Under the pieces are notes generated by a model. It saw only the letters and a list, made by a program, of their open reading frames with translations. It did no database searches and was not told where the DNA came from. The position numbers and the translations under genes are program-made. DNA of 64,000 bases from Candidatus Hodarchaeota archaeon (GTDB taxonomy: Archaea; Asgardarchaeota; Heimdallarchaeia; Hodarchaeales; Hodarchaeaceae). Shown here in pieces: positions 29,053 to 40,424 of the stretch (positions within the stretch are counted from its first letter, which is position 1; every line of letters begins with the position of its first letter). The stretch spans positions 51,527 to 115,526 of the forward strand of contig JAEOTC010000030.1 of NCBI GenBank assembly GCA_016840035.1, read 5' to 3'.

Positions 29053-30147
29053 TTATTCTCTCAGGATAATTCTACCTTCATAAACTATCCCCCAAAAAGT
29101 ATCCCCTTCTGATAAGCTTGCCAGTTCGGTTGAATCGACATATTGACTCTCAAAATTAGATAAATTCATAATTTGTGCCAAGTTCTCTGCTTTTTCAAAA
29201 TGAACTACTTGAAATTCCTCAAAAGGTCTATCGAGTGGTTTTGGATCAAGTTCATCAAACGTTTTAACAGATATTCGCCTAATTGTATTATTTATGACAT
29301 CTAAACACGCTATTTTAAAATTAGAATAACCTTTTACCCTGAATACCTGGTTTTCAATTACAATATAATCCCCTTCTTGGTATTTTGGTAGAGCAATTAG
29401 AACAACTTGTTTCCTTGGATATTCTTTGGATTTCGATTTATCAAACCCTGCAAATTCAGTTGTAAGATGTAAAAGACCCCCTTTATCTCGCGCGAAGATT
29501 CTACCTATTGATTGGGCTGCAGATCTCGACCGAAACATAGCATCAAGTCCATTTTTAATTTGTATTAATCGGAAAAGGGGATTTTTCCCATCAGAAAGTG
29601 GAAAATCCTTACTTATCTTCTCTATCTCATCTCCCCATTGATCAATCACATCAGGATCAATTTCTTTCTGGGATCTTACTTGTATTTTCGAAGTATACAA
29701 ACCACTAGACCGGGTTTGACAATCAGAGCAGTCACCCCAATTTATATTTACCGAAAAATCCTCTGTAATAGTTATTAATGGAACAAATACATCAGGACTG
29801 GCTGAAATAATTACATTCCCGTTAATTGATTCTAATTCATCATTTTCGTTGTATTCTTGAAGCATGTTTTGAATTTCGATTTTTGTTGGTCGATAAAAGA
29901 ATTTCCACTCTTGCTGAATAAAACTCGTAATTTTCGGAAAAATCTTAGGAGAATCTAAGTCATTAATAAAGAATTTGGACCAATGGCCTTTAAATGCAAG
30001 AAGACCGCATGATAAACAGATAACTATTTCCAAATCGACTTTTTCTTTCAGGATTGGGTTCGATTCAAGATAACATGACTGACACAAATGCTGGAAAAAT
30101 TCTTCGTCTACACCACAGACAATACAGGGCGGAGACATAAGCATCAC
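29053..30147 (-). CDS. nmd3: NMD3-family ribosome biogenesis protein
   Basis: Four CxxC pairs, IQVR, gene order aIF2b-DUF424-NMD3. Confidence 0.85.
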   Translation of the reverse strand: MMLMSPPCIVCGVDEEFFQHLCQSCYLESNPILKEKVDLEIVICLSCGLLAFKGHWSKFFINDLDSPKIFPKITSFIQQEWKFFYRPTKIEIQNMLQEYNENDELESINGNVIISASPDVFVPLITITEDFSVNINWGDCSDCQTRSSGLYTSKIQVRSQKEIDPDVIDQWGDEIEKISKDFPLSDGKNPLFRLIQIKNGLDAMFRSRSAAQSIGRIFARDKGGLLHLTTEFAGFDKSKSKEYPRKQVVLIALPKYQEGDYIVIENQVFRVKGYSNFKIACLDVINNTIRRISVKTFDELDPKPLDRPFEEFQVVHFEKAENLAQIMNLSNFESQYVDSTELASLSEGDTFWGIVYEGRIILRE

Positions 30148-30155
30148 TCAAAATA

Positions 30156-30500
30156 TTAAATTGGAGGAATTGAGAAAATAATCAGATGTGGTATCCTTTT
30201 TCCATCTTCACTATTAAACCAAAGAACGGCATCCTTATTGATAATATTCTTTTCTATCCCCAGATCCAAAACAGATCCAAGAGCATTAATATTGGTGTAT
30301 CTCCGCATTAAATCTAAAGCATCTGATTTGGAAATATAAGTACCTTTGTAAAATCCAAGTGGAACTTTCATTCTAGTGGTACTATTAGACAGCTCCTTTC
30401 CCAGAAGGGCTTCATCACAAATAGCAAGAATTTCAGTTTTATCCTTACGATGAATCTTAAAAAGAACACGTTCAGAACGGTGCTTACTTGACTGCTCCAC
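30156..30500 (-). CDS. DUF424-family protein
   Basis: LAICDEALLGK, FYKG, IPHL; start uncertain (GTG 30500 or 30518). Confidence 0.85.
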   Translation of the reverse strand: MEQSSKHRSERVLFKIHRKDKTEILAICDEALLGKELSNSTTRMKVPLGFYKGTYISKSDALDLMRRYTNINALGSVLDLGIEKNIINKDAVLWFNSEDGKRIPHLIIFSIPPI

Positions 30501-30900
30501 GGGCACCACAAGCTTCACAAACTTTAATTAGAATTCGTCCTTCTCTGACGAGTTTAGTATCTGGTTTTCCACATTCTTCACATAATACAAATTCTTTCAC
30601 ATAAGCAGTAAGCTCCCGATTTATCATGGTTCGGGAGAATTTTCCTTGGAGATACAACCGACCTCGTTCTTCAGTTGCTGAAGTGGCAAATTCTCCAGCT
30701 AAATGTTTCGCAAGATGATCGGCGTCGTTTTCACGATTCAATATTTTTAGAATTCGATTCCAATCGGTGATCCAGGTTCTATTCCCTTCTTGAAAGATAT
30801 CACCTTGTGGAATCTCAAAACGAGACTTTTCAAATACATGTGCGGGAAGATTTTCACGTGCCCGTTTTAAACTAGCAAGATAGTCTTTTTCAGATGTCAA
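30484..30900 (-). CDS. eif2b: Translation initiation factor aIF-2 beta
   Basis: RFEIP, EGNRT, CEECGKPDT..CEACGA. Confidence 0.95.
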   Translation of the reverse strand: MTSEKDYLASLKRARENLPAHVFEKSRFEIPQGDIFQEGNRTWITDWNRILKILNRENDADHLAKHLAGEFATSATEERGRLYLQGKFSRTMINRELTAYVKEFVLCEECGKPDTKLVREGRILIKVCEACGARGAVK

Positions 30901-31292
30901 GATTAATACTTTCCTTGAAATAGGCAGGCAACATTACTTATGTCAAACCTTAGTTACTGGAAGGGATTCTTTTATGTAAAAGATGATTCTAGTATTATTT
31001 TTTTCCTATTCCTTCTATGTTACTATTTTTGGAAATGAGTATTTTTTTGTTATTATCTAATATATTTTTTTTCCAAAATAATTGCGAAGATCGTTTACTA
31101 AATTCAGTCCTATTGAGGGAGATATAGTTGTGACATGAAATACATTTTTTAACCCAAAATCAACTAATTTTAAGACAATATATGTCAATATTCGGTGAAC
31201 AATGGGCATTTATGCCTGAACTGTAAATAAAAAGATGAATAGAATTATCCTTTCCCCATCTTTAAACTAAAGAAGAAATGAGTATTTGATAT

Positions 31293-32069
31293 ATGAGACG
31301 TAGAAAAGAAAATCGCTGGGTTTTCGAGCTCATCAAAATAAGTGATGTAATTTTAGAGGTTGTAGATGGAAGGTTCCCTCATCTGACTAGAGTTTCATCC
31401 ATTGAAAAACATATATCTAATTTAGGATGCCCCCTGATCATTGTGCTTAACAAATGTGACCTTATCCCTAGAGAAATCTGTGAATATAATAAACAGATCT
31501 TGAGTAAGGAATTCCCTACCGTATATATATCTGCTCAGAATAGACTAGGAACTAAAAAGTTAAGACAACAGATTTCACGCCTGTCTCCGAAAAGAGAAAC
31601 AGTTATATCAATAGTAGGTGTTCCCAATACTGGGAAAAGCAGCTTATTGAACATTTTAAGAGGGAAACATGTAGCACCAACAGGTCAAAAGCCAGGTGTG
31701 ACACGTCATAAACAAATAGTAAGAATTTCAAACAGAATCTTAATCTATGATTCGCCAGGAGTAGTACCGTTTGATCATCCAGACATAAATCTGCAGGCGT
31801 TTCTAGGAGCATATGAGATAAGTAATCTGCCAGATCCAATTGATACTGTAAATTATTTTTTGGATCGAATAAAAACAAATAATTTTCAAGGATTGAAGGA
31901 TAGGTACAAACTTCCCTCAGAGAACGAAAGTAATGATGAAATCATTACTCACATCGCACGAAAACGAGGACTCATACTGAAAGGTGGAAAGTTGAACTTG
32001 GTAGAGGCCGCAAAAGTGATTATGCGAGAGTTTTCAGCAGGAAAGATTCCATATTGGGAAAAAGTCTAA
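31293..32069 (+). CDS. Circularly permuted RbgA/YlqF-family GTPase
   Basis: G4 NKCD before G1 GVPNTGKSS, PGVT, DSPG. Confidence 0.93.
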   Translation: MRRRKENRWVFELIKISDVILEVVDGRFPHLTRVSSIEKHISNLGCPLIIVLNKCDLIPREICEYNKQILSKEFPTVYISAQNRLGTKKLRQQISRLSPKRETVISIVGVPNTGKSSLLNILRGKHVAPTGQKPGVTRHKQIVRISNRILIYDSPGVVPFDHPDINLQAFLGAYEISNLPDPIDTVNYFLDRIKTNNFQGLKDRYKLPSENESNDEIITHIARKRGLILKGGKLNLVEAAKVIMREFSAGKIPYWEKV

Positions 32070-32300
32070 AAAATCGAGACACTGAAAGAAATCTTAGAAT
32101 TTCTGATGATTTTCAAGGTATTCTGTTCAAACAGAAGATATTTTTTAAATAATTTAAGGAAATTGCTTCTTAAGTAGTTTAATGAGATGCTTAAACTCAA
32201 ACAAATACTAGTTTATGTAACACCCTCATTCAAAGATGAAAAATTGATTGAATTCCCTCTGAAATAATCACCTTAAAACAAATCAAGTATGGTATGAAAA

Positions 32301-33860
32301 ATGAGTATCGATAAAGATTTAAAACAATTTCTTGAAAAGATAACAGCTTTTGCAAGTAGAACAGGAATTGCTTACCGCACCGGTGATATTTATGGAGGTT
32401 TGGCTGGATTTTGGGATTATGGGCCTATAGGTGTAGAAATTAAAAACCGGATTAAGGATACATGGTGGACTGATTTCGTTAGAAATCGTGATGATATTGT
32501 TGGATATGATGGAGCAATTATTACACATCCCAAGGTATGGGAAGCTTCTGGTCATCTATCAAGTTTTACAGATCCCCTAATATTTTGTCAAGGTAAATGC
32601 AAGAAGAAGCACAGACTCGATCACTTATTAGAAGATAACTTAAAAATTCATACAGAGAATCTGGATCTTGAAGGAATGGGGGATCTTGTCATTAAGGAGG
32701 AGCTTTCCTGTCCAGAATGTGGGGGGAAATTGGGAAAACCAATAACGTTCAATTTAATGTTTAATACTCAAGTTGGACCTGTCCAAGATTCTGCTTCGAC
32801 AGCTTATCTTCGTCCAGAAAACGCTCAATTGATTTTTTCTGGTTTCAGGAACGTAATAGACTCAACTCGCGTAAAAATGCCATTTGGTATTGCTCAATCG
32901 GGAATTGTTTTCAGAAATGAAATTTCTCCCCGAAATTTTCTGTTTAGAGTTCGTGAATATGAGTTAATGGAGTTTGAATATTTCACTGATCCCCAAAAGA
33001 CAAACGAATGTCCCGTATTTGATGATGTTGCACATAATATGGTAAATATCCATTCTAGAACAGATCAAGAAACGGAAGATGCAGTGGATTATACCTCAAT
33101 GACTATCGGAGATGCTTGGGAGAAAAAGATTTTCAAAAATAAATGGCAAGCATATTGGATGGTGATATCTAACGAATGGTTTATTCATAAAATGGGAATA
33201 AATCCTGATAAATTACGATTCAGACAACATCTAGAATCAGAATTAAGCCATTATGCCTTAGATACTTGGGATATTGAGTATCAGTATAAATTTGGATGGA
33301 AAGAGCTGATGGGTTGCGCTAACAGAACTCAATATGATTTAGAGCAACATCAAAAGCATTCAAAGGCAAAACTACAGTTTAGTGAAACCGATAAATCAGG
33401 TGTTAATAGATTTGTACCTTACGTTGTTGCAGAACCATCTGTGGGTCTTGGGCGTATTTTATTAACAGTAATTGCTGATGGTTATCAAGAAGAAACCGTG
33501 AAAGATCGAAAACGAGTAGTTCTCAAGATTCATCCTAGACTAGCCCCCTACGATGTGGCTGTATTCCCTCTTCAGAAAAAACCTCAGATTATCTCAAAAG
33601 CACAAGAAATTTTCAAATATTTAAGAACAGAAGGGTTTATTGTTAATTTTGATGATGGTGGATCAATTGGGAAAAGATATCGAAGACATGATGAGATTGG
33701 TACACCTTTCTGTGTCACGGTTGATTTTGAGACTCTTGAAGATGAAAAGATCACAATTCGACATAGAGACACCATGGAGCAAACAAGATTACCTATTAAA
33801 GGGCTTGTCGAAGAGCTAAAGAATTTAGGTAGTAATTATTTAGCAGCAAAAAGAATTTAA
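32301..33860 (+). CDS. glyS: Glycine--tRNA ligase (alpha2 type)
   Basis: YLRPENAQ, FRNEISPR, EPSVGLGR, SIGKRYRRHDEIGTP. Confidence 0.97.
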   Translation: MSIDKDLKQFLEKITAFASRTGIAYRTGDIYGGLAGFWDYGPIGVEIKNRIKDTWWTDFVRNRDDIVGYDGAIITHPKVWEASGHLSSFTDPLIFCQGKCKKKHRLDHLLEDNLKIHTENLDLEGMGDLVIKEELSCPECGGKLGKPITFNLMFNTQVGPVQDSASTAYLRPENAQLIFSGFRNVIDSTRVKMPFGIAQSGIVFRNEISPRNFLFRVREYELMEFEYFTDPQKTNECPVFDDVAHNMVNIHSRTDQETEDAVDYTSMTIGDAWEKKIFKNKWQAYWMVISNEWFIHKMGINPDKLRFRQHLESELSHYALDTWDIEYQYKFGWKELMGCANRTQYDLEQHQKHSKAKLQFSETDKSGVNRFVPYVVAEPSVGLGRILLTVIADGYQEETVKDRKRVVLKIHPRLAPYDVAVFPLQKKPQIISKAQEIFKYLRTEGFIVNFDDGGSIGKRYRRHDEIGTPFCVTVDFETLEDEKITIRHRDTMEQTRLPIKGLVEELKNLGSNYLAAKRI

Positions 33861-33907
33861 TTTACTACTAACTCATTTGGTTATAGGATAAAAGAAGTGT
33901 ATGGATT

Positions 33908-35338
33908 ATGATTGAAGAATCTCCCTCCTCCGTTATCACATATTCCACAGTATCATCAATAGCAGGGCCTTTATTATTTGTAAAAAATATTAAAGGAGTA
34001 GCTTATGGTGAAATTGTGCACGTCCTTACCCCAGATGGGGAAAAACGGACTGGACAAGTTCTAGAAGCAGCAGAAGATATCGCAGTTGTGCAAGTTTTCG
34101 AAGGAACACAGGGACTTGATACACGTAAAACTTCTGTACGGTTTTTGGGAGAAACAATTAAAATCGCAGTCTCTCAAGATATGCTTGGCCGTATCTTTTC
34201 TGGGAGTGGTAAAGCTATCGATGCAGGACCGCAAATATTCGCAGAAGAGCGTTTAGATATAACTGGAGCCCCAATAAATCCATATTCTCGCGAATATCCA
34301 AGAGAATTTATACAAACTGGAATTTCATCAATTGATGGACTCAATACTTTGATTAGGGGGCAAAAATTACCAATCTTCTCTGGAAGTGGGTTGCCCCATA
34401 ATAATATCGCAGCGCAGATTGCTCGTCAATCCAAAGTTCTTGGGAAGGAAGAAGAATTTGCGGTAATATTTGCAGCAATGGGAATAACTACTGAAGAAGC
34501 TCGATTTTTTAGGGAAGATTTCGAAAAAACTGGTGCTCTTGAACGTGTTATTCTTTTCTTAAATCTTGCAGACTCCCCAGCAGCAGAGCGATTGATTACG
34601 CCACGAATCGCACTTTCCGTTGCAGAATATTTAGCCTTTGAATATGATTATCATTGCTTAGTTATCCTTACAGATATGACAAATTATGCAGAGGCCTTAC
34701 GTGAAATCTCCGCAGCCCGTGAAGAGGTTCCTGGACGTCGTGGATATCCTGGATATTTATACACAGACCTGGCAACCATATATGAAAGAGCAGGAAGAAT
34801 CAAAGGCCATACTGGAACAATAACACAACTCCCCATCCTTTCAATGCCGTCAGATGATATAACTCATCCGATTCCAGACCTTTCGGGCTATATTACGGAA
34901 GGACAATTAATTGTAGATCGTGATTTAAATCGAAGGGGAATCTACCCTCCCATTGACCCGATGCCTAGTCTTAGTCGGCTTATGCGTGAGGGAATTGGAA
35001 GAGGTAGGACTCATGTATGCCATAAACCAGTAGCAGACCAAATGTTTGCTGGTTATTCACTTGGTAGGAATTTAAGAGACCTCGTTGCAGTAGTTGGGGA
35101 AGAAAGCTTGAGTTCAACAGACAAGAAATACTTAAAATTCGCTGATAGGTTTGAAAGTGAGTTTTTGCGTCAAGGTTATTATGAGAGTCGTGAAATCTTT
35201 GATACACTAGAGCTAGCATGGAATCTCCTTTCTGATCTCCCAGAGGAGGAATTAAAACGAATCCCTCCCAGACTTTTAGAGAAATACCATCCAAAATATC
35301 GTACAAGTAAGCTTGCAATTGATGATCCAGAACCTTAA
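33908..35338 (+). CDS. atpB: A/V-type ATPase subunit B
   Basis: [45 protein letters not shown]. Confidence 0.97.
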   Translation: MIEESPSSVITYSTVSSIAGPLLFVKNIKGVAYGEIVHVLTPDGEKRTGQVLEAAEDIAVVQVFEGTQGLDTRKTSVRFLGETIKIAVSQDMLGRIFSGSGKAIDAGPQIFAEERLDITGAPINPYSREYPREFIQTGISSIDGLNTLIRGQKLPIFSGSGLPHNNIAAQIARQSKVLGKEEEFAVIFAAMGITTEEARFFREDFEKTGALERVILFLNLADSPAAERLITPRIALSVAEYLAFEYDYHCLVILTDMTNYAEALREISAAREEVPGRRGYPGYLYTDLATIYERAGRIKGHTGTITQLPILSMPSDDITHPIPDLSGYITEGQLIVDRDLNRRGIYPPIDPMPSLSRLMREGIGRGRTHVCHKPVADQMFAGYSLGRNLRDLVAVVGEESLSSTDKKYLKFADRFESEFLRQGYYESREIFDTLELAWNLLSDLPEEELKRIPPRLLEKYHPKYRTSKLAIDDPEP

Positions 35339-35566
35339 AGAGAAGAGCTCTCTCATTGACATAGGTATGGATGAATTTATTCTAAATACAAATTTTAAAA
35401 ATGAATAGGATCTCTAGAAACATACCCAAAATATTTACACAATAAAGTACTTACAATGTATTCGGTCGAAATATCTTTGAATAATTGAGAATTATATTTA
35501 AGTCGAGGAATATAGGAATTATAATGATGCAGTGACTTGCGACAAAGAAAGTAGGGTGAAGAACAA

Positions 35567-36814
35567 ATGGCTATTTGGAAGGTTCGTTTCGCTTTAGGGG
35601 CTGGTCAGGAGGAGGAAATCGATTTATCCGACGTTGAGGATCTAGTTGATTGGGATCCTGAATTTCAGGGAAAATTAATATCAAGTTTTTTCGATACAGA
35701 CTATCATTGGTTGCTTGCACTGAAAACAGTCATTCGTGAAGATGTTGAATTTCCATCAAAGAATTTTCTATTGATAGTCGGTAGAAAATGGGGAGAAGAT
35801 AAGAAAAAAACAGTACCTCTTGGAGTTCTATTCGAGTTTTCTGAAGGAGATCTTAAACTTCGTGCTGTTGGTCCTCAGAGTTTAGCAGCTCAAGCTGGAG
35901 GAGATAACAACCTTCTCCTAGATCTAGTTAATGAATTATTTGATTTCCCTCAAAAATGGCGGAGTAAGAGTGTGATCTGTGGAATTTCAAAAGCAGAATG
36001 GAGTAAAATTGCTGATATCATTGGAGAGGAACCTTGGCGACTCATTGATTCAGGAAGAAGACTTCTATCTACAGACCCTAGGAAAGCAATATCCGACTTT
36101 CAAAAGGCTTATCAGATTTTCTCAATTTTAGCAGATCTGAACGGTCAATTTCATGCCATGTTTGCACAGCTAGAAGTAGCCTTAGATTCAAAAAACTACA
36201 CCCTGGCAAAAGAGCATTTAGAAATTGTTAGACAATATTCTTTGGAGCTAGGGAATCCTATGCTTGAAGAGAATGTCTTTTCAACTGAAGGTATTATTCT
36301 CTATGAAGAAGATAATTTTCAACAAGCTGTTTCGGTTTTTGAAAACGCATTAGAGAAAGCAAAAAAAGCTAATATGCATTCACATGTTGTAAATGCTCAT
36401 TTAAATATTGGTGAATGCTACTATCGATTAGCCAATTATGATGGCGCCCTTAAGAATTTTGACATTGCACGAGGATATGCAGAAGAGCGTAATGATAAGC
36501 TTAATTTGGCTGTTTCCCAGATAAATATTGCAAAAGTCTTATGTCAGAATTTAAAGATGGGAGATGTTTCTAGTGATGTTCAAGCTACTCATTATTTAAC
36601 TGAAGCTAAAGAGTACTTTGAAAAAGCCGGTGATAATAGAAACCTAATGCTAGCTTACCAAATATTCGGAAATCTTGAAGATTCGAAACAAAACTTCGAT
36701 TCCGCCATGCTATACTATGAGCAGGCAGCAGAAATTGCTCAAAACCTGAATAACGATGTTCTTCACGATTTCTATTTTCAGAAGTCTCAGGCAATGAGAA
36801 GTAATTTGTATTAA
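35567..36814 (+). CDS. Tetratricopeptide-repeat protein with uncharacterised N-terminal domain
   Basis: About 6 TPR-like units (e.g. AHLNIGECYYRLANYDGALKNFDIA). Confidence 0.85.
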   Translation: MAIWKVRFALGAGQEEEIDLSDVEDLVDWDPEFQGKLISSFFDTDYHWLLALKTVIREDVEFPSKNFLLIVGRKWGEDKKKTVPLGVLFEFSEGDLKLRAVGPQSLAAQAGGDNNLLLDLVNELFDFPQKWRSKSVICGISKAEWSKIADIIGEEPWRLIDSGRRLLSTDPRKAISDFQKAYQIFSILADLNGQFHAMFAQLEVALDSKNYTLAKEHLEIVRQYSLELGNPMLEENVFSTEGIILYEEDNFQQAVSVFENALEKAKKANMHSHVVNAHLNIGECYYRLANYDGALKNFDIARGYAEERNDKLNLAVSQINIAKVLCQNLKMGDVSSDVQATHYLTEAKEYFEKAGDNRNLMLAYQIFGNLEDSKQNFDSAMLYYEQAAEIAQNLNNDVLHDFYFQKSQAMRSNLY

Positions 36815-36816
36815 TA

Positions 36817-36833
36817 TTTTCCTTTTTTTTTTT
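36817..36833 (+). terminator. Probable oligo(T) terminator
   Basis: TTTTCC-T11 directly after the TPR gene stop in a convergent gap. Confidence 0.45.
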
Positions 36834-36891
36834 CTAGTTATTAAGCTAGAATCTGTAAAGTACTAATAGAAAGAGAAGAATCTATTCCTGA

Positions 36892-37344
36892 TTAACCTAG
36901 GATCTCGCCAATCTTCTTTGCGGCTTGTTTCATATCGAGGAATATCAACCCTAGTTTAACCGATCTGTTTGCTGAGGCTGTTAACACTGCTTTTGTGCCA
37001 GATTGAACTGAAATTAAATAACCATCCTTTCCTTCAACTAGAATGCGGTTCATTTCCCCCTTCCCTGTTTCCATGACAGCTCTTTCCCCTAAACTGAGTA
37101 TTGCTGCAGTCATCGCTGCAATTCGCACATCATCCAAATCACCTGGCAGTTTAGGTGGCCAAGAAGAAATAGGAAGTCCTTCAAGACTAACAACGCTTGC
37201 AAAGTCTATGGCTGGCAATTTACTAACAAATGCTTCCAAGACTTCAACTATTTCTTTATGCATTTGTAGATCTGCATCACTATCGGGAATGTACATTCTT
37301 ACACCCATGTAAACAAAATTCCGCACATATCTTTGCTTAGACAT
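36892..37344 (-). CDS. Roadblock/LC7 domain protein
   Basis: SVVSLEGLPISS, RIAAMTAAILSLGER, LGLIFLDM; real start may be ATG 37296. Confidence 0.92.
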   Translation of the reverse strand: MSKQRYVRNFVYMGVRMYIPDSDADLQMHKEIVEVLEAFVSKLPAIDFASVVSLEGLPISSWPPKLPGDLDDVRIAAMTAAILSLGERAVMETGKGEMNRILVEGKDGYLISVQSGTKAVLTASANRSVKLGLIFLDMKQAAKKIGEILG

Positions 37345-37588
37345 GTGAATTTAAGCTACTCTCCTATAAATATATTTCTAATTCCGAGATTTTTCCGAAA
37401 GAGAAGGTGTACAAGGAGAATAATCCTACTAACATCATTCTTTCCACTCAAAGTAATATAAGATGCTAATATGTAGATATTACGAGGAAAAATTCACTCT
37501 ATTGGCTTAAAACAAATTAGATGAATCGAGAGAAGTGGATAGCAAAAATATTTGATTTGCTTCCAAAATCGCTGTAGAATAAGAGGTT

Positions 37589-37864
37589 TTGAAATTCATG
37601 CCAAATGTACATCGACTAAACCTGCGTAATATCCGATCATCGCCTTCAAGTCTCCAAGTAGGTAAAAAAGGTCTCTCTGAATCCTTCCTTATTGAACTTG
37701 AGACCAGGTTAAAGAAGGAAAAGACTGTAAAAATCAAATTTCTGAAAAATTCTCCTTTCAGTTCGCGTCAAGAAGCCATATCTTCTCTAAGTTTAGTATT
37801 AGAAGGTAAAATTAGAGTTCTAGAAACACGAGGGTGGACAGCTATCGTACAAAAACAGAGCTAA
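37589..37864 (+). CDS. YhbY/CRM RNA-binding protein
   Basis: LQVGKKGL, VKIKFLKN, ETRG. Confidence 0.85.
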   Translation: MKFMPNVHRLNLRNIRSSPSSLQVGKKGLSESFLIELETRLKKEKTVKIKFLKNSPFSSRQEAISSLSLVLEGKIRVLETRGWTAIVQKQS

Positions 37865-38442
37865 CCACTCTGAGATGTTTTTGTACCATAAAGTTGTATC
37901 ATTAAGATTTCACGGGCTAGAGATTGAAAGGCACGTTTTATTCCAATTCCTGTTGTTGCTACTGTTTCATATATGGGGAATTTTGATAGGCTTAATTTTT
38001 CGACTAGTTCGGATCGTGTTAAAGCATTTTCAACATCGCGCTTATTTAATGTGATCACTAGAGGAATTGTAGTCCCCAATTCCTCCCCTAAATGGCCTGT
38101 TAATTCCTCAAAGGATTCAAGATTCTCTTGGATTTGATCTGATGAAGAATCCACAACAAATAATATCCCATCCACTCCCTGAATTACGATTTTGCGTTGA
38201 TGTTTATGCCTTTCTTGACCCGCAGTTGTATAAACATCAAATACTACTCCTGTTGTAGCTTGCATGGGTGCAAAGTCAAAGAAAAGAGTCCGGCCATGGG
38301 GATCTGCTAATTGAGTGAATTTTCCTTTTTCGAGCCCATCAACTTTATGATAAAGCCAACCAAGAGTTGTAGTCTTTCCACAAAGAGAAGGGCCATAAAA
38401 TACTATTTTAAATCTGTGACGACCTTCTGCGTCTTTTCGCAA
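37861..38442 (-). CDS. MglA-like small GTPase
   Basis: KIVFYGPSLCGKTT, RTLFFDF, TTAGQ, NKRD. Confidence 0.9.
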   Translation of the reverse strand: MRKDAEGRHRFKIVFYGPSLCGKTTTLGWLYHKVDGLEKGKFTQLADPHGRTLFFDFAPMQATTGVVFDVYTTAGQERHKHQRKIVIQGVDGILFVVDSSSDQIQENLESFEELTGHLGEELGTTIPLVITLNKRDVENALTRSELVEKLSLSKFPIYETVATTGIGIKRAFQSLAREILMIQLYGTKTSQSG

Positions 38443-38484
38443 TTAGCTTGGCTCCTTCGTTAACTAGGAGGTTAAGAGTATTGA

Positions 38485-39009
38485 TTAGAACTTTTCAAGT
38501 TCTCGCAATGCGGCTTCAAGTTCATCCTTTTCAAGGCCTGTGCGGACTTCGGGTGATTTGGAAGGAGTGCCTGGGATTGCTCGAGATGGTTGGCCTGCTA
38601 GAAATTCATCAAGAATAGAGCTAAGTTCTTCATTGGCTTTTCTCATAAGTAAACGAATCATACCGATATTTACTTCAGCATCTGAGATTATTGTTAAAAT
38701 TCCTCGTCCACAAGCACTGGCAAATATCTTTCCAGTGTCAAATTCTGAGGTAACTATGTCCAATCCACCAATTGTGAGATTAGATCCTTGTTCTGCTGAA
38801 GCCATGAAAACAGCGGAAGCAATCGCTCCAATACCATCCACATCGACAGAAACATAACTAAACTTGGAAACATGGGCGATCGTTAGGCCAGTCCGGTCGA
38901 CTAGAATTATTTTTCGAATACCGGGTTCACTTTTAATGATTTTACTGAGTACACTGTCAAACCTTCGAGGATCTATCAAACTAGTAATCTCCTGCTTGTC
39001 TTTTTCCAA
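38485..39009 (-). CDS. Roadblock/LC7 (MglB-like) protein with C-terminal helix
   Basis: LVDRTGLTIA, NIGMIRL; co-oriented upstream of the MglA-like GTPase. Confidence 0.9.
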   Translation of the reverse strand: MEKDKQEITSLIDPRRFDSVLSKIIKSEPGIRKIILVDRTGLTIAHVSKFSYVSVDVDGIGAIASAVFMASAEQGSNLTIGGLDIVTSEFDTGKIFASACGRGILTIISDAEVNIGMIRLLMRKANEELSSILDEFLAGQPSRAIPGTPSKSPEVRTGLEKDELEAALRELEKF

Positions 39010-39229
39010 GTTCAGAGAAAATTAAATAAATTTTATCTCCGTATACCAATGCAAGATTAGTTCTTAATAAATTTAGCTTATTAACCTTTCATAGATTTGA
39101 AAACTTTCTTGAAAAAATTGACCCTACTACTATTCAAACTTCATTAGCATTAATTCTGATAACTTATACGAAAATAATCGTAGTTTCCTTTGAGTATACA
39201 TTTGATGATAAATGTTACACTTTTTTCCC

Positions 39230-40057
39230 TTATGCAAAATAAGCAGTAATAACGAAAATGGCATTTCCTAGTAGTAGTTCCAATAAAAAGCCTAATAATA
39301 TGAATAAAATGAATGGAAGAGAAGGTTGAACCCATATACTTTGTTTATCATGAGTTATAGTTTGTTGAGCAACGGTCATTTTTCTTTTAAGGTCATCTTC
39401 TGGGGTATCAAGCCGAAGTTTGAAGGTAAATTTCCAACCACTTTCCTCATTATACTCTTCTAAAAAATCGAAATGCCATGGTTTTCTCTCTATCTCTTCT
39501 AAAATGAATTGAGTTCTTCGTGGATAACCAATAAAGTATAGCGCAAATCTCTTTGTCATTGATGCATTTGATATTCCGTAAAGCTCACCAGTTCTAATTT
39601 TTCTTATGAGATTATAACAGAAAATAATAACTGGAGCACTTATAGCCAATAAATAGGCGTTGAAAAATGTCCCCACAATTTTCGGAGTGATAGTAAAGAT
39701 TATGTCATATTTCGGATCTGTAATTGAAAAAATCGGCTGTAAAATAGGTGTGATAAATGAGATAGCTACAAAAGCTATTCTATCTGCTTCTCCTCCTAAT
39801 CCTGATATAGAAAGAAAAAGAGCTAGTATTATTGCAAAAAAAACATTTCCTAACCAAGTGAAAAGATAATTTTGAATTGAAGTACCATTATATAATAATA
39901 AAAGAATTTGAAGGCTGTGTAGTACACATCCACTAATAGCAATTACCACCCAAATCCAATCCACAACTTCACGTGTTTTTAAATCTTGAATTGACCCAAT
40001 TAATAAAATAAAAAGCGCAATTAAAACAAGAAAGAGGTTTATTAGGAATTCTAACAT
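39230..40057 (-). CDS. A24-family prepilin/preflagellin peptidase
   Basis: SIQDLKTREV, GGEAD, IWVQPSLPFI; multiple TMs. Confidence 0.85.
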   Translation of the reverse strand: MLEFLINLFLVLIALFILLIGSIQDLKTREVVDWIWVVIAISGCVLHSLQILLLLYNGTSIQNYLFTWLGNVFFAIILALFLSISGLGGEADRIAFVAISFITPILQPIFSITDPKYDIIFTITPKIVGTFFNAYLLAISAPVIIFCYNLIRKIRTGELYGISNASMTKRFALYFIGYPRRTQFILEEIERKPWHFDFLEEYNEESGWKFTFKLRLDTPEDDLKRKMTVAQQTITHDKQSIWVQPSLPFILFILLGFLLELLLGNAIFVITAYFA

Positions 40058-40424
40058 TGTTGATAGATCCGTTTTACGGATTGATCTTCTTTGGTTTTCA
40101 TCTATTCACATTCACACAAATCTGACTGAACTAATTGCTCCTTCTAACTTAAATGTTCCCAAATTTTGTTAAGAATATTGAAGTAATTTAAATTTAATTT
40201 TCAATGTTAAATTTCCTTGATCGTTAACAGATCAGGGGTTTTCCATTAAAATAAGTGTATAAATCATGCGAATCCACATTTTGGCTGGTGAAATCGCTTT
40301 TTTCCGATATTAATTGCAATATATAGAACCTAAGTAACAAGTAAAAACATTCTAAAATAATCATGAGGGGAGTTTTAATAGATCGCTAGATCAAGTAATT
40401 CCAAATCAAACTAAAAATTTGACA

